64,000 nucleotides of DNA from Bacteroidota bacterium. GTDB lineage: Bacteria; Bacteroidota; Bacteroidia; Bacteroidales; UBA10428. A program made the position numbers and the translations under genes. The notes beneath the pieces were generated by a model. It did no database searches. It saw nothing but the letters and a program-made list of their open reading frames with translations, and was not told where the DNA came from. Of the stretch, positions 46,830 through 55,920 are shown in pieces. Where the stretch lies: the NCBI GenBank assembly GCA_003252385.1, contig QKEH01000133.1, positions 448 to 64,447 of the forward strand, read 5' to 3'. Position 1 is the stretch's first letter. Each line of letters starts with the position of its first letter.

Positions 46830-47346
46830 GATAACATCACGGCTCCCCGCCGTCCTGCTGCTGGCTTGCTTCGGCATTTTCCTGGTTATTTCCATTATTT
46901 CTGATTATCAAACCGGCATGCAAACAGGTCGTGCTTTTTACGATGTATGCCTGTATATGCTTCGGATTTTACCGTGTTCCTTCATTCTCATTGCTTTGCT
47001 GGAGGTTTGGATTAAGCCCGAAACGGTGGTTGAGCACCTGGGCGAAAACTGCGGATGGCAAGGTAATTTCTGGGTTATGGTATTGGCTGGTTTCTCCATT
47101 GGGGGCTTGTATGTGGCGTATCCCATGGCGCAAACCTTACAACGCAAAGGCGCCTCGCTACGTATCATTTTTTCCTATCTCGCTTTTACAGGTATTCTGC
47201 GCATCCCTATGACCCTGTTTGAAATTACGTTTCTTGGCCTTCCCTTTACCTTAACCCGGTTGCTGGTTGCCCTTCCGCTGTTTCTGCTCTCGGGAATTCT
47301 GTTTGGAACTGTGCTTACCAGGAAAAACTACCGTTTAAAAGATTAA
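46819..47346 (+). CDS. Permease half-protein (DUF318/ArsP-like), subunit 2
   Basis: GTG start overlapping the upstream gene, with 5 TM helices. The start codon is uncertain. Confidence 0.5.
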   Translation: MNRKITSRLPAVLLLACFGIFLVISIISDYQTGMQTGRAFYDVCLYMLRILPCSFILIALLEVWIKPETVVEHLGENCGWQGNFWVMVLAGFSIGGLYVAYPMAQTLQRKGASLRIIFSYLAFTGILRIPMTLFEITFLGLPFTLTRLLVALPLFLLSGILFGTVLTRKNYRLKD

Positions 47347-47416
47347 TATTGCATACCAGAGAATACGGCTTTTTTTGTAAATTAGAAATAGCACCAGGAA
47401 ATAACGCTTATTTAGT

Positions 47417-47803
47417 ATGGAGAAATTGGATATTCAGGGTGAATCCGACCGGCCTGACATACATCTGGATCACGAAGCAGGATCGCTCTATATTGGAGGT
47501 AATTCCCTTCCTGAGAACGTTAACGAAATCTATCAACCCGTTTTGGAATGGATAGATGCCTACATACAGCATCCTAATCCAAAAACTACCTTCGAGTTCT
47601 TTTTTGAGTATTTCAATACTGCTACGAGTAATATTCTGATGCGTATCGTTGAAAAATGCAGGGTTCTGCACGCGAACTGCGAAACCTTCAGTTTAAACTG
47701 GTGCTACTCTACGGGCGACTACGACATGCGCGAATTTGGTGAGGAGCTTATGGATATCTTCAAGATACCGGTTAATCTGCAGGAACGAGAGGTGACGGAT
47801 TGA
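47417..47803 (+). CDS. DUF1987 (SiaC-like) domain protein, copy C
   Basis: GSLYIGGNSLPENVNEIYQPVLEWI...FEYFNTATSNILMRIV...LNWCYSTGDYDMREFGEEL is collinear with the two copies at 20024-20875. Confidence 0.7.
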   Translation: MEKLDIQGESDRPDIHLDHEAGSLYIGGNSLPENVNEIYQPVLEWIDAYIQHPNPKTTFEFFFEYFNTATSNILMRIVEKCRVLHANCETFSLNWCYSTGDYDMREFGEELMDIFKIPVNLQEREVTD

Positions 47804-48009
47804 ACGGGGAGGGCTGCGTAGAATGAGGGAGGTTCAATTCGTTGAGTAGTATCATTTTTTTCAAAAACTCCCATATCTGCAATTAAATGTTCAACAACCG
47901 GGATTAAAACATCCCCGGTGGTGTAGTTTTCGATCATTGATACAAGTCCAATTCGGTCAGGTACTTGGTATGGTCGGCTTTGACAGGGGTTTCCTATAGG
48001 TATCGGGTT

Positions 48010-50235
48010 TTAGCGTATGGCTCTGAACTTTGAAGCATTCACAAAAAGTACATCACCAATGTCGTTGTAATCCAGAAACAGGTTCCGATCGAAGTTTAGG
48101 TGTTCATCGAAAAAACCCACCATGGTGAGTCCGGCTTCTGAGGATTTAGTACCTACCAGCCTTTTAATCGATTGATTTTCCTCTACGGGCACCATTTCGA
48201 TACTTTTGGGCGATATGGGCAAACGCCCGCTCAGTATCAGCTCACTGAGTTTTTGTTTGTTTTCCTCTTCATTGCTGTCCTTGGGAGTTAGGCAAAATAT
48301 GCGGATCTTGTGTTTGTGCCAGTGCGGGTGCCCAAGTATAATATAACTCAATAATATCATCAGGTTGGAATTTTCCGAATCGATGCTTCGAATCCATACA
48401 TGGATTCCCTTTTTATGACGGGTGGGTTTCATGTCGGTAGCCAAAACTGCTACATCGAGCCGGGCTGCTTTAGCCATGGGGATATTCTCAATAACCGGGA
48501 GTACGGTTTCCGGCCTAGTTTTATCAAATTCAAACAAAATCAGGTTATTAGGCATACCCGATACGCCTGGGAACTGAACGATCTGCGCTACCGCCGAAGT
48601 AAAGGAAGGCGAGATCAGTGTGTCCATATACGTATTGTTATCCTCACCGGTGAGTTCAATAAGCCGGGGCAGGATGGATTCCGTTTCGTCATTCGATTCG
48701 GCCGTATACTTCTTTTCCACCAAATGGATGTAGGTTCCAAACCCGTATCGCATCGAAATCCATCCCAGAAGCTGTAACGCCTTTTTATTCTCGAAAGTGC
48801 GAGTTGAAACACACACCACCGAAGGCCTCCATCGATCGCTATCCTGAACTTTACGTTTGCGTTGCATGTACACTTGCAAATTTCGGCTGAGCTGAAAAAC
48901 CGCTCCCTGGAAAATGGCCGACATACCCCCACGTGCCCTATGGAAATAACTTGTAATAATGTACAGCAACACCAGGGCAATTACGGCAAGCAATGCATAG
49001 AATGGCTGCATGGCAAACATCAGCCATACACTGCCCAGAAACCCGGCCAACGACAATGGCCAACGTGTCTGAAAGACCGGACGGTACGAAGGATCGGCAC
49101 TAAAATGATAAAGAAATGAGATGAGACAAATGGATCCGTAGGTAACCATGAATAGCATGGAAAGAACTTGTGCCACAAAATCTACTCCACCTTTATATAC
49201 AAACAGTAGGGCAAGGATACCCGTGATGCGGGTGGCCGCTTTGGGTTCCAGTGTCTTTCCAATGCCTTTGGCCATACGGCGATTCAGTTTTTTTATGGGT
49301 AGGGAATCGTCCAGGGCGAGGGCTTGCAGAGTTCTGGGTGCCACCAGCATAAAACCGATGGCAGAAGAAAGTGTAGCAGCAGCCAAACCAATAGGAACCA
49401 TGAAGGAACCGGCTTTGGCAATTTTCGACATCATCAGCTGATCGTTCACCAAATCGTCCGGAGAGGCCGATACAGCCAGCTTATAGGTAACCAAAGAAAA
49501 TACGAGTATGCCAAAGAGTGCTGCCAGTGTAGTTCCCATAAGAATCGATTTTCCCGGATTTTTCAGATCGCCCGATAAGCCCACGCCAGCGGTTATACCG
49601 GTAAAGGCTGGAAAAAGTATGGCAAATACGGTAAAAAAGGATTCCTTTAGGTTTCCGGTCTTAACCGAAAAAAGAGCCACCGGGTTGCTTTCGCTGTATC
49701 CCGTGTTTCCCAGAAAGAACATTACCAAACTTACACCAAGTATGGCTGCTACGACATACAGCAGTTTTATTCCCGGAGCCATCCCTTTCTTCAGAATAAA
49801 CCAGGTCAATAAAAGCATTACAGGCATACTTACAACTCGTCGGGTCCACTCCGGGGAGAGATTCAGGGTGTTCAATACAGGCGAAAAGGCTTCGGTAAAA
49901 GCAATAACATAAAATGCGACGCTAATGGCCTGCGCCAGGTAAAGTGCCAGGCCTATGGTTGCTCCAATGTTCAACCCAAAGGACCGGCTGATAATGAAAT
50001 ACTCTCCTCCACCTTCTACCCGCTGATTGGATGCCAATTCGGAAATGGCCAACGCAGCGGGTACTGTAATCAAATGTCCCAGCAGGATCACTCCAAGAGT
50101 TCCCATAAAGCCCAACATACCTACGGCATACCCAAACCGAAGGAAAAGAATAGCTCCAAAAAGGGTGGTTAGCGCTGTAAAGAACACGGGAGCTGTACCA
50201 AAACTTTTTATTTTAACCGATACTTGACTTGACAT
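48010..50235 (-). CDS. Cation-chloride cotransporter (SLC12/CCC)-like APC-superfamily transporter with a large cytoplasmic C-terminal domain
   Basis: FGTAPVFFTALTTLFGAILFLRFGYAVG and ELASNQRVEGGGEYFIISRSFGLNIGATIG match CCC signature regions. About 12 TM helices plus about 270 aa of C-terminal domain. I prefer the Met at 50235 (MSSQVSV). Confidence 0.75.
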   Translation of the reverse strand: MSSQVSVKIKSFGTAPVFFTALTTLFGAILFLRFGYAVGMLGFMGTLGVILLGHLITVPAALAISELASNQRVEGGGEYFIISRSFGLNIGATIGLALYLAQAISVAFYVIAFTEAFSPVLNTLNLSPEWTRRVVSMPVMLLLTWFILKKGMAPGIKLLYVVAAILGVSLVMFFLGNTGYSESNPVALFSVKTGNLKESFFTVFAILFPAFTGITAGVGLSGDLKNPGKSILMGTTLAALFGILVFSLVTYKLAVSASPDDLVNDQLMMSKIAKAGSFMVPIGLAAATLSSAIGFMLVAPRTLQALALDDSLPIKKLNRRMAKGIGKTLEPKAATRITGILALLFVYKGGVDFVAQVLSMLFMVTYGSICLISFLYHFSADPSYRPVFQTRWPLSLAGFLGSVWLMFAMQPFYALLAVIALVLLYIITSYFHRARGGMSAIFQGAVFQLSRNLQVYMQRKRKVQDSDRWRPSVVCVSTRTFENKKALQLLGWISMRYGFGTYIHLVEKKYTAESNDETESILPRLIELTGEDNNTYMDTLISPSFTSAVAQIVQFPGVSGMPNNLILFEFDKTRPETVLPVIENIPMAKAARLDVAVLATDMKPTRHKKGIHVWIRSIDSENSNLMILLSYIILGHPHWHKHKIRIFCLTPKDSNEEENKQKLSELILSGRLPISPKSIEMVPVEENQSIKRLVGTKSSEAGLTMVGFFDEHLNFDRNLFLDYNDIGDVLFVNASKFRAIR

Positions 50236-50472
50236 AAACACTTGTATTTTACCCCTGCGAAGGTACTTAATAAATGGTTGATGCAAGAGCAACCATTTGC
50301 CCATAATTTATTCCCGTCTAATTCGTAAGCCCTATTATAGCTATCCAGTTGCTTACCACCCTATGCAATTCTTCCACTTTGATGCATTCGGAGTGTTTGT
50401 GCGGTAGGAGATAGGCAACAACAAATACGGGACTGAGGATGGTAATTTCATTCCAAATGGCACTTCACTCCA

Positions 50473-50502
50473 GAAAAAAAACCCGGCCACTGCCGGGTTT
50501 TT
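50473..50502 (-). terminator. Rho-independent terminator (bidirectional design) after the 50527-50919 gene
   Basis: ACCCGGC-cact-GCCGGGT stem flanked by an A8 run upstream and a T5 run downstream on the plus strand. This puts a T8 run after the stem on the minus strand. Confidence 0.75.
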
Positions 50503-50526
50503 CGCAATTTCTTTTCAATCTGATTA

Positions 50527-50919
50527 TTATTGAACCATGATGATATCTACAACCGAATTACCCAGCTTGTTATCTTTAAATTTAACCAGCAAATCATAAA
50601 AACCGGTCTTGTTGCAAACCAGGCTCACACCCGGAAAATACTTGTCGCCCATCACGTTGGTCAGAATCAGGTTATCAGCATCCATCAATTCTACCACGGC
50701 TTCACCCACATAATCTTCCAGATGATTGGTAATTTTGAAAAGATACTTAGTGCCCTTATTTAGTTTTAAGGTAACAAAGTATTCGTTCTCATAATCGATA
50801 TCGCTAACGGCATCCAGTTTAAAATCCACTTGTTTGATAAAAATTTCTTTCTGTGCCATGCCCTTCACGGAGAATATAGCCAGTGCCAACAGGAGGATCA
50901 AGTATCTTGTATAGTTCAT
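50527..50919 (-). CDS. Small secreted hypothetical protein
   Basis: Signal peptide MNYTRYLILLLALAIFSVKGMA. Beta-rich 110-aa mature part. No family recognised. Confidence 0.6.
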   Translation of the reverse strand: MNYTRYLILLLALAIFSVKGMAQKEIFIKQVDFKLDAVSDIDYENEYFVTLKLNKGTKYLFKITNHLEDYVGEAVVELMDADNLILTNVMGDKYFPGVSLVCNKTGFYDLLVKFKDNKLGNSVVDIIMVQ

Positions 50920-50971
50920 GGGTACTTATTTTAATATCGATCGGATATACAAATATAACTCATTCAAAATG

Positions 50972-51754
50972 CTATTCCACATTTTTCGTCTCCAGCCACA
51001 TCTGCTTATTATCAAGCAGGATGAACCGGGCGTGTTCTGATACTCGCAAAGTTTCGGACGAACTGAGACGAACCACCTCGGCAGCCAGATGTTGGAAATA
51101 GTACTCCTTGGTTAATCCGGTGCATCGGGTGGTTCCATTCCGCATATAGAAAAGGGCTTTAACCTGTCTTTTCTCATCGAAGCTGCTTAAGGCATCGGCC
51201 AAAGCTTTTACACGCGTCCAGGTAGTTTTATGCTCTTCCCACCAATCTTTGGCATTTTGAACACTTAGCTTATAGATGACATTCCGCAGTTCAGCACTCG
51301 AACTTACCTCCAGTTTTTTGCGGTTGGTAACATTGTTGTAGTAATTGGGGAAAGTAATTTTGATAAATCCCAGCAACTCTTCATCGGGAAGATGGTAACC
51401 GGTAAAACCAAAGTTCATAAAGGAGATGTCCTCCAGAGCCCAGCCGGCACGCATAGCCAAATTGTCAATATCGTAATCTACAATTTGCCCGTATCCGAAA
51501 AATTTCTCGGCTCCGGGATAAATTAACGAGCCGGTGTTAGTAACTTTTACAATTTCATTTCTGTCGAGCATTTTTATTAAATCGGGAATAGCTGCTCCTT
51601 CCATATTTTCCATAGCCGTTTTGGCAGTTTTAATGGTATTCCAATCGCTAGCACTAAAATCCTGCATCAGTTGAGTGATGCTGGCTTGAATAACCGCAGG
51701 AGTCAATACCAGTGCTCCGCATAAAAAGGCCAGGTAGAGTTTCATTTTTCTCAT
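50972..51754 (-). CDS. Secreted hypothetical protein
   Basis: Signal peptide MRKMKLYLAFLCGALVLTPAVIQA. Helical-looking sequence. No family recognised. Confidence 0.6.
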   Translation of the reverse strand: MRKMKLYLAFLCGALVLTPAVIQASITQLMQDFSASDWNTIKTAKTAMENMEGAAIPDLIKMLDRNEIVKVTNTGSLIYPGAEKFFGYGQIVDYDIDNLAMRAGWALEDISFMNFGFTGYHLPDEELLGFIKITFPNYYNNVTNRKKLEVSSSAELRNVIYKLSVQNAKDWWEEHKTTWTRVKALADALSSFDEKRQVKALFYMRNGTTRCTGLTKEYYFQHLAAEVVRLSSSETLRVSEHARFILLDNKQMWLETKNVE

Positions 51755-51958
51755 AGTAAAAAGGTGTAATTAGATCTGCTTATTATAAAATTAGTAATTT
51801 TTCGTTATATGCCAAGTTTTTGTTAAAGCCCTAAGGGTGAATTACGAACTATTTTGTCCCATAGGCTCAATCGGTTGCCCCAACTTTAACTATCTTTATG
51901 CAACAGAAAGTCACGAGGCTTCTGCCTGTATAACTCACTAATTGGTTTTATAAAGGGT

Positions 51959-52123
51959 ATGCGATTGCGGAAATCACAAATAATAACATTGCTCATCTTA
52001 GGTTTTCTGGTGTTGTGTTCCTGCCACAGCTCCTATCATTCAACCAAAAGAAAACGGGGACAACAATGCGATTGTCCCAAAGAAACCCGGGTTAAAAAAC
52101 CACGATTCCACCACCGTTATTGA
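51959..52123 (+). CDS. Candidate 54-aa highly basic lipoprotein (below the ORF-track size cutoff)
   Basis: My own translation: MRLRKSQIITLLILGFLVLCSCHSSYHSTKRKRGQQCDCPKETRVKKPRFHHRY. It has a lipoprotein-type signal (LVLCSC). The mature part has 11 Lys/Arg, 5 His and a CDCP motif. Confidence 0.3.
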   Translation: MRLRKSQIITLLILGFLVLCSCHSSYHSTKRKRGQQCDCPKETRVKKPRFHHRY

Positions 52124-52206
52124 ATTCTTTGACTTTTAAAACGGTTTTTTAGTTGGAATCGATTAAATTAGCGATCCGTTTAAGTGATACCGTGACCGTG
52201 AGCAGA

Positions 52207-52542
52207 ATGGCCTTTTTTGGAATTACCGTACTTCAATTGTTAACTTGTGCTTGTGTACGTCCGGTAGACCAAATGGCCAACATGGATGGTATAGCAACCG
52301 ACACCGTTCGCTATAAACCGGTTGTTCTGGCCATTGAAGGCATGACCAGCCGAAAATGCGAAAATATCATCCAGACTGCCATAGCACATATCGATGGTGT
52401 ACAACAGGTCGAAGCTTCTTTCGAGCAGGAGAAAGCTGATATTATTTACAACACCTCACAGACCAGTATGTTGCAAATTAGTGAAGCCATAGGTCAATTA
52501 GGGTACCAGGTAAAAGGAGAAATACAAAAAAATAAGGATTGA
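52207..52542 (+). CDS. HMA-fold domain lipoprotein with a degenerate metal site
   Basis: The ATG at 52207 gives MAFFGITVLQLLTCAC. The HMA pattern LAIEGMTSRKCENIIQTAI..IDGV..VEASFE....I.Y has GMTSRKC in place of GMTCxxC, so only one Cys remains. Confidence 0.6.
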   Translation: MAFFGITVLQLLTCACVRPVDQMANMDGIATDTVRYKPVVLAIEGMTSRKCENIIQTAIAHIDGVQQVEASFEQEKADIIYNTSQTSMLQISEAIGQLGYQVKGEIQKNKD

Positions 52543-52620
52543 CCCCCCAAAAAAATGCATTTTACCGATAATAAAAGTATTTTTAACCCGTTTTCGTTCG
52601 CATTATACTGCGGATTACAG

Positions 52621-52628
52621 TAACTTTG
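52621..52628 (+). promoter_or_regulatory. Bacteroidota -7 promoter box TAACTTTG upstream of the V-ATPase operon
   Basis: A perfect TAnnTTTG match, 23 nt upstream of the first ATG of the operon. Confidence 0.45.
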
Positions 52629-52650
52629 ACGACGTTTTAATATAAACCAG

Positions 52651-53268
52651 ATGCATATGCAGAGTAAACTTCAGGAACTCACAGAGAAAATCTATCAGGA
52701 AGGTGTTGAAAAGGGAAATGCCGAAGCACAGCAAATAGTGCAGAACGCCACTAAAGAAGCAAGTTCAATCATTTCGAAAGCAAAGGCCGAAGCCGAAGCC
52801 ATTCTTGCGGATGCTCAAAAAAAATCAGAAGAAGTTAAGCAGCATACCGAGTCGGAAATCCAACTCTCCGGAAAACAAGCCATCAATGCCTTACGTCAAC
52901 AAGTGGTGGACATGATTAACGGAGCCATTGTGAAAACCACCGTAACCGATGCTTTTGATCCGGGTTTCTCGCAAAAAATTATCGAAACCACCCTGGCCAA
53001 TTGGGCGCAATCGGGGCAGTCTATGGATCTGAAAGTGCTGCTGCCGGCACAAGATGAAAAAGCATTAACTGATTTTTTTAAAAAGGAAGCCAAAAAATTT
53101 ATGGATCAGGGCGTTACCATCGATTTTAACAGCCGGATAAAAGCCGGTTTCCATATTGGCCCCAAAGATGGAAGTTATAAGGTTTCTTTTACCGACGAAG
53201 ATTTCATCAACTTCTTCAAACAATATTTACGGCCCAAATTGGTAGAAATTCTTTTTAGTGCCGAATAG
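52651..53268 (+). CDS. ntpE: V-type ATPase subunit E
   Basis: Long N-terminal Ala/Glu/Lys-rich helix (KIYQEGVEKGNAEAQQIV...AKAEAEAILADAQKK) plus a globular C-terminus. First gene of the operon. Confidence 0.8.
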   Translation: MHMQSKLQELTEKIYQEGVEKGNAEAQQIVQNATKEASSIISKAKAEAEAILADAQKKSEEVKQHTESEIQLSGKQAINALRQQVVDMINGAIVKTTVTDAFDPGFSQKIIETTLANWAQSGQSMDLKVLLPAQDEKALTDFFKKEAKKFMDQGVTIDFNSRIKAGFHIGPKDGSYKVSFTDEDFINFFKQYLRPKLVEILFSAE

Positions 53269-53269
53269 T

Positions 53270-54127
53270 ATGAGTAGACAGTACCACTACCTTATTGCCG
53301 GTTTTCCTGACCTTCTGATCGATGACACCAAGGTAACCATTCCTGGCACCGCTTTCCGGGAAAGCCTTGAGGAAGGCCTGCACCCGGACGATTGGAAACT
53401 GATCCGGTTGTTCTTTCTGCAGAACGATAATAAAAACCTTTTACTACGCCTGCAGAGCGACGAAAACCATTTGCCTTTTGCAGGTAATTACTCCGCCGCC
53501 GATTGGGATGCCATCGTTCGGGCTGTGAAAGATGACTCGCTTCAGACGGAGTTTCCCCAACTGCCCCCTTATTTTGGAGTGTTCATCCATTCGTATTTAA
53601 ATGAAACCCCCTTGGACGAAGGCAAGGCTTGGGATATTCAGCTAAGTGAATTGTTTTATAACTATGTTGGTTCCGTTACCAATGTTTTTATTTCCGGATG
53701 GTTCTCTTTTGAGCGCGACCTGAATAATATACTCACCGCAGCGCAATGCCGGAAATACAATCTGGAGGTTGAAAAGCAACTGATTGGCAAAACGGAACTC
53801 ACCGAAAAACTGAGTCGGAGTAGTGCCCGCGATTTTGGCATCACCCCTGATTTTCCCCATCTGAGTGCTCTGCTAAAGGCCATTGAAACGGAAGATTTGC
53901 TGGATTACGAAAGGAAGATTGACCGAATCAAATGGGACTTTCTGGACGAGGAGGTGTTCTTCCACTATTTCAGTATTGAGAAGATTTTTTCATTGGTCGT
54001 TAAGCTGTCCATTATCGAACGCTGGTTGACCCTTGATGTTCAAACCGGTAAACAATTGTTCACCGAACTATTACAAAATATGGAGGCTTCGTATGAGTTT
54101 CCGGAGGAATTTAAGTTAAAAAAATAA
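53270..54127 (+). CDS. DUF2764 protein (V-ATPase subunit C-like, Bacteroidota type)
   Basis: Its position between E and A matches the arrangement I recall for Bacteroidota V-ATPase operons. The ATG lies 1 nt after the ntpE stop. Confidence 0.65.
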   Translation: MSRQYHYLIAGFPDLLIDDTKVTIPGTAFRESLEEGLHPDDWKLIRLFFLQNDNKNLLLRLQSDENHLPFAGNYSAADWDAIVRAVKDDSLQTEFPQLPPYFGVFIHSYLNETPLDEGKAWDIQLSELFYNYVGSVTNVFISGWFSFERDLNNILTAAQCRKYNLEVEKQLIGKTELTEKLSRSSARDFGITPDFPHLSALLKAIETEDLLDYERKIDRIKWDFLDEEVFFHYFSIEKIFSLVVKLSIIERWLTLDVQTGKQLFTELLQNMEASYEFPEEFKLKK

Positions 54128-54136
54128 CAGTATACT

Positions 54137-55900
54137 ATGTCAACAAAAGGTAGAGTACATGGCATAATCGCAAACCTGGTTATTGTGCAGGCGGATGGCC
54201 CGGTATCGCAAAATGAAATATGTTTTATTACTTCGGGCGCAACCCGATTGATGGCCGAGGTAATTAAAATTAACGGTCAAAACGCTTATGTTCAGGTGTT
54301 TGAAAGTACACGTGGGGTTAAGATAGGCAATGAGGTAGAGTTTGCAGGCCACATGCTCGAAGTAACCTTAGGGCCCGGTATCTTGTCTAAAAACTACGAT
54401 GGCTTACAGAACGACCTGGATAAAATGGATGGTGTTTTTCTGAAACGCGGCGATTACACGCATCCGCTGGATCCGGGCAAGAAATGGCACTTTAAGCCCC
54501 TGGCTCATGTGGGCGACACAGTGGAAGCCGCCTCGTGGCTGGGCGAAGTGCAGGAAAATGCCATGCCGCACAAAATTATGGTGCCTTTTACTTTTAAAGG
54601 CAGCTATAGCATAAAATCGCTGGCCGGCGAGGGCGATTATACCATTGACGATACCATAGCCGTTCTGCTGGATAGCAACCAGCAGGAACATAAGGTGAGC
54701 ATGACACAAAAATGGCCCGTGAAAGTGCCCATTACCGCTTACAGGGAAAAACCCCGCCCATTCAAATTACTGGAAACCGGGGTGCGTACTCTGGACACCC
54801 TGAACCCCATTGTTGAAGGCGGTACCGGTTTTATCCCCGGACCTTTCGGTGCGGGCAAAACGGTGTTGCAGCATGCCATTTCCAAACAGGCCGAAGCCGA
54901 TATTGTAATTGTAGCTGCCTGTGGCGAACGTGCCAACGAGGTGGTGGAAATCTTTACCGAGTTCCCCGAACTGGAAGACAAACGTACCGGTAGGAAGCTG
55001 ATGGAACGTACCACCATTATAGCCAATACCTCCAACATGCCCGTTGCTGCCCGTGAGGCATCGGTATATACCGCCATGACCCTGGCTGAATACTATCGGT
55101 CGATGGGACTGCGCGTACTCCTGATGGCCGACTCCACTTCGCGTTGGGCACAGGCACTTCGCGAAATGTCGAACCGCCTGGAGGAACTTCCTGGTCCCGA
55201 TGCCTTCCCCATGGATTTGCCGGCCATTATTTCCAACTTCTATGCTCGCGCGGGTTATACCTACCTGAAAAACGGCAAAACCGGATCCATAACTTTTATT
55301 GGTACCGTATCTCCTGCCGGGGGTAACCTGAAGGAGCCAGTAACCGAATCGACCAAGAAGGCAGCCCGTTGTTTCTATGCTCTTTCGCAGCAACGTGCCG
55401 ACAGCAAGCGCTATCCGGCGGTGGATCCCATCGACAGCTATTCAAAATATCTCGAATATCCGGAATTTGCCGAATACATTAACGAACGCATCTCCGATAC
55501 CTGGATCGACAACGTGAACGAAGTAAAAACCATGCTTCAGCGAGGCAAGGAAACTTACGACCAGATTAATATTTTGGGCGATGACGGGGTACCCATTGAA
55601 TACCACGTGGTGTACTGGAAATCGGAAGTAATAGACAGTGTGATCTGTCAGCAGGACGGTTTCGATAAAATTGATCAGAACTGCCCCATGGAGCGTCAGG
55701 AAAACATTCTGCAGAATACCTTGTCCATTATCCGCTCGAATTATCAATTTGAAACCTTTATCGACGTATCGGCCTACTTTAAGAAGGTGATCAATTTTAT
55801 GAAACAGATTAACTATACCGAATTTCAATCGGAAGGCTATTATAAATTTGAGAACGAATTGAAGGCCTTGCTGAAAGAACAAAATATTGACCTGGGTTAG
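54137..55900 (+). CDS. ntpA: V-type ATPase catalytic subunit A
   Basis: Walker A GPFGAGKTV, ACGERANEV, Walker B LLMADSTSRWAQALRE; 587 aa. Confidence 0.95.
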   Translation: MSTKGRVHGIIANLVIVQADGPVSQNEICFITSGATRLMAEVIKINGQNAYVQVFESTRGVKIGNEVEFAGHMLEVTLGPGILSKNYDGLQNDLDKMDGVFLKRGDYTHPLDPGKKWHFKPLAHVGDTVEAASWLGEVQENAMPHKIMVPFTFKGSYSIKSLAGEGDYTIDDTIAVLLDSNQQEHKVSMTQKWPVKVPITAYREKPRPFKLLETGVRTLDTLNPIVEGGTGFIPGPFGAGKTVLQHAISKQAEADIVIVAACGERANEVVEIFTEFPELEDKRTGRKLMERTTIIANTSNMPVAAREASVYTAMTLAEYYRSMGLRVLLMADSTSRWAQALREMSNRLEELPGPDAFPMDLPAIISNFYARAGYTYLKNGKTGSITFIGTVSPAGGNLKEPVTESTKKAARCFYALSQQRADSKRYPAVDPIDSYSKYLEYPEFAEYINERISDTWIDNVNEVKTMLQRGKETYDQINILGDDGVPIEYHVVYWKSEVIDSVICQQDGFDKIDQNCPMERQENILQNTLSIIRSNYQFETFIDVSAYFKKVINFMKQINYTEFQSEGYYKFENELKALLKEQNIDLG

Positions 55901-55920
55901 TTCCCGTAAACCGATTATCA

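Noticed and set aside
47719-47937. 72-aa minus-strand ORF downstream of the CCC transporter, overlapping the end of the third DUF1987 gene.
   Set aside because: It overlaps a better-supported gene by 85 nt. Only its first 40 or so residues look protein-like. It may be a gene remnant, but I cannot support that.
50236-50304. N-terminal 23 codons of the tracked CCC transporter ORF.
   Set aside because: The segment is encoded largely by a perfect 9-bp hairpin. The Met at 50235 gives a CCC-like N-terminus, so this is more likely 5' UTR.
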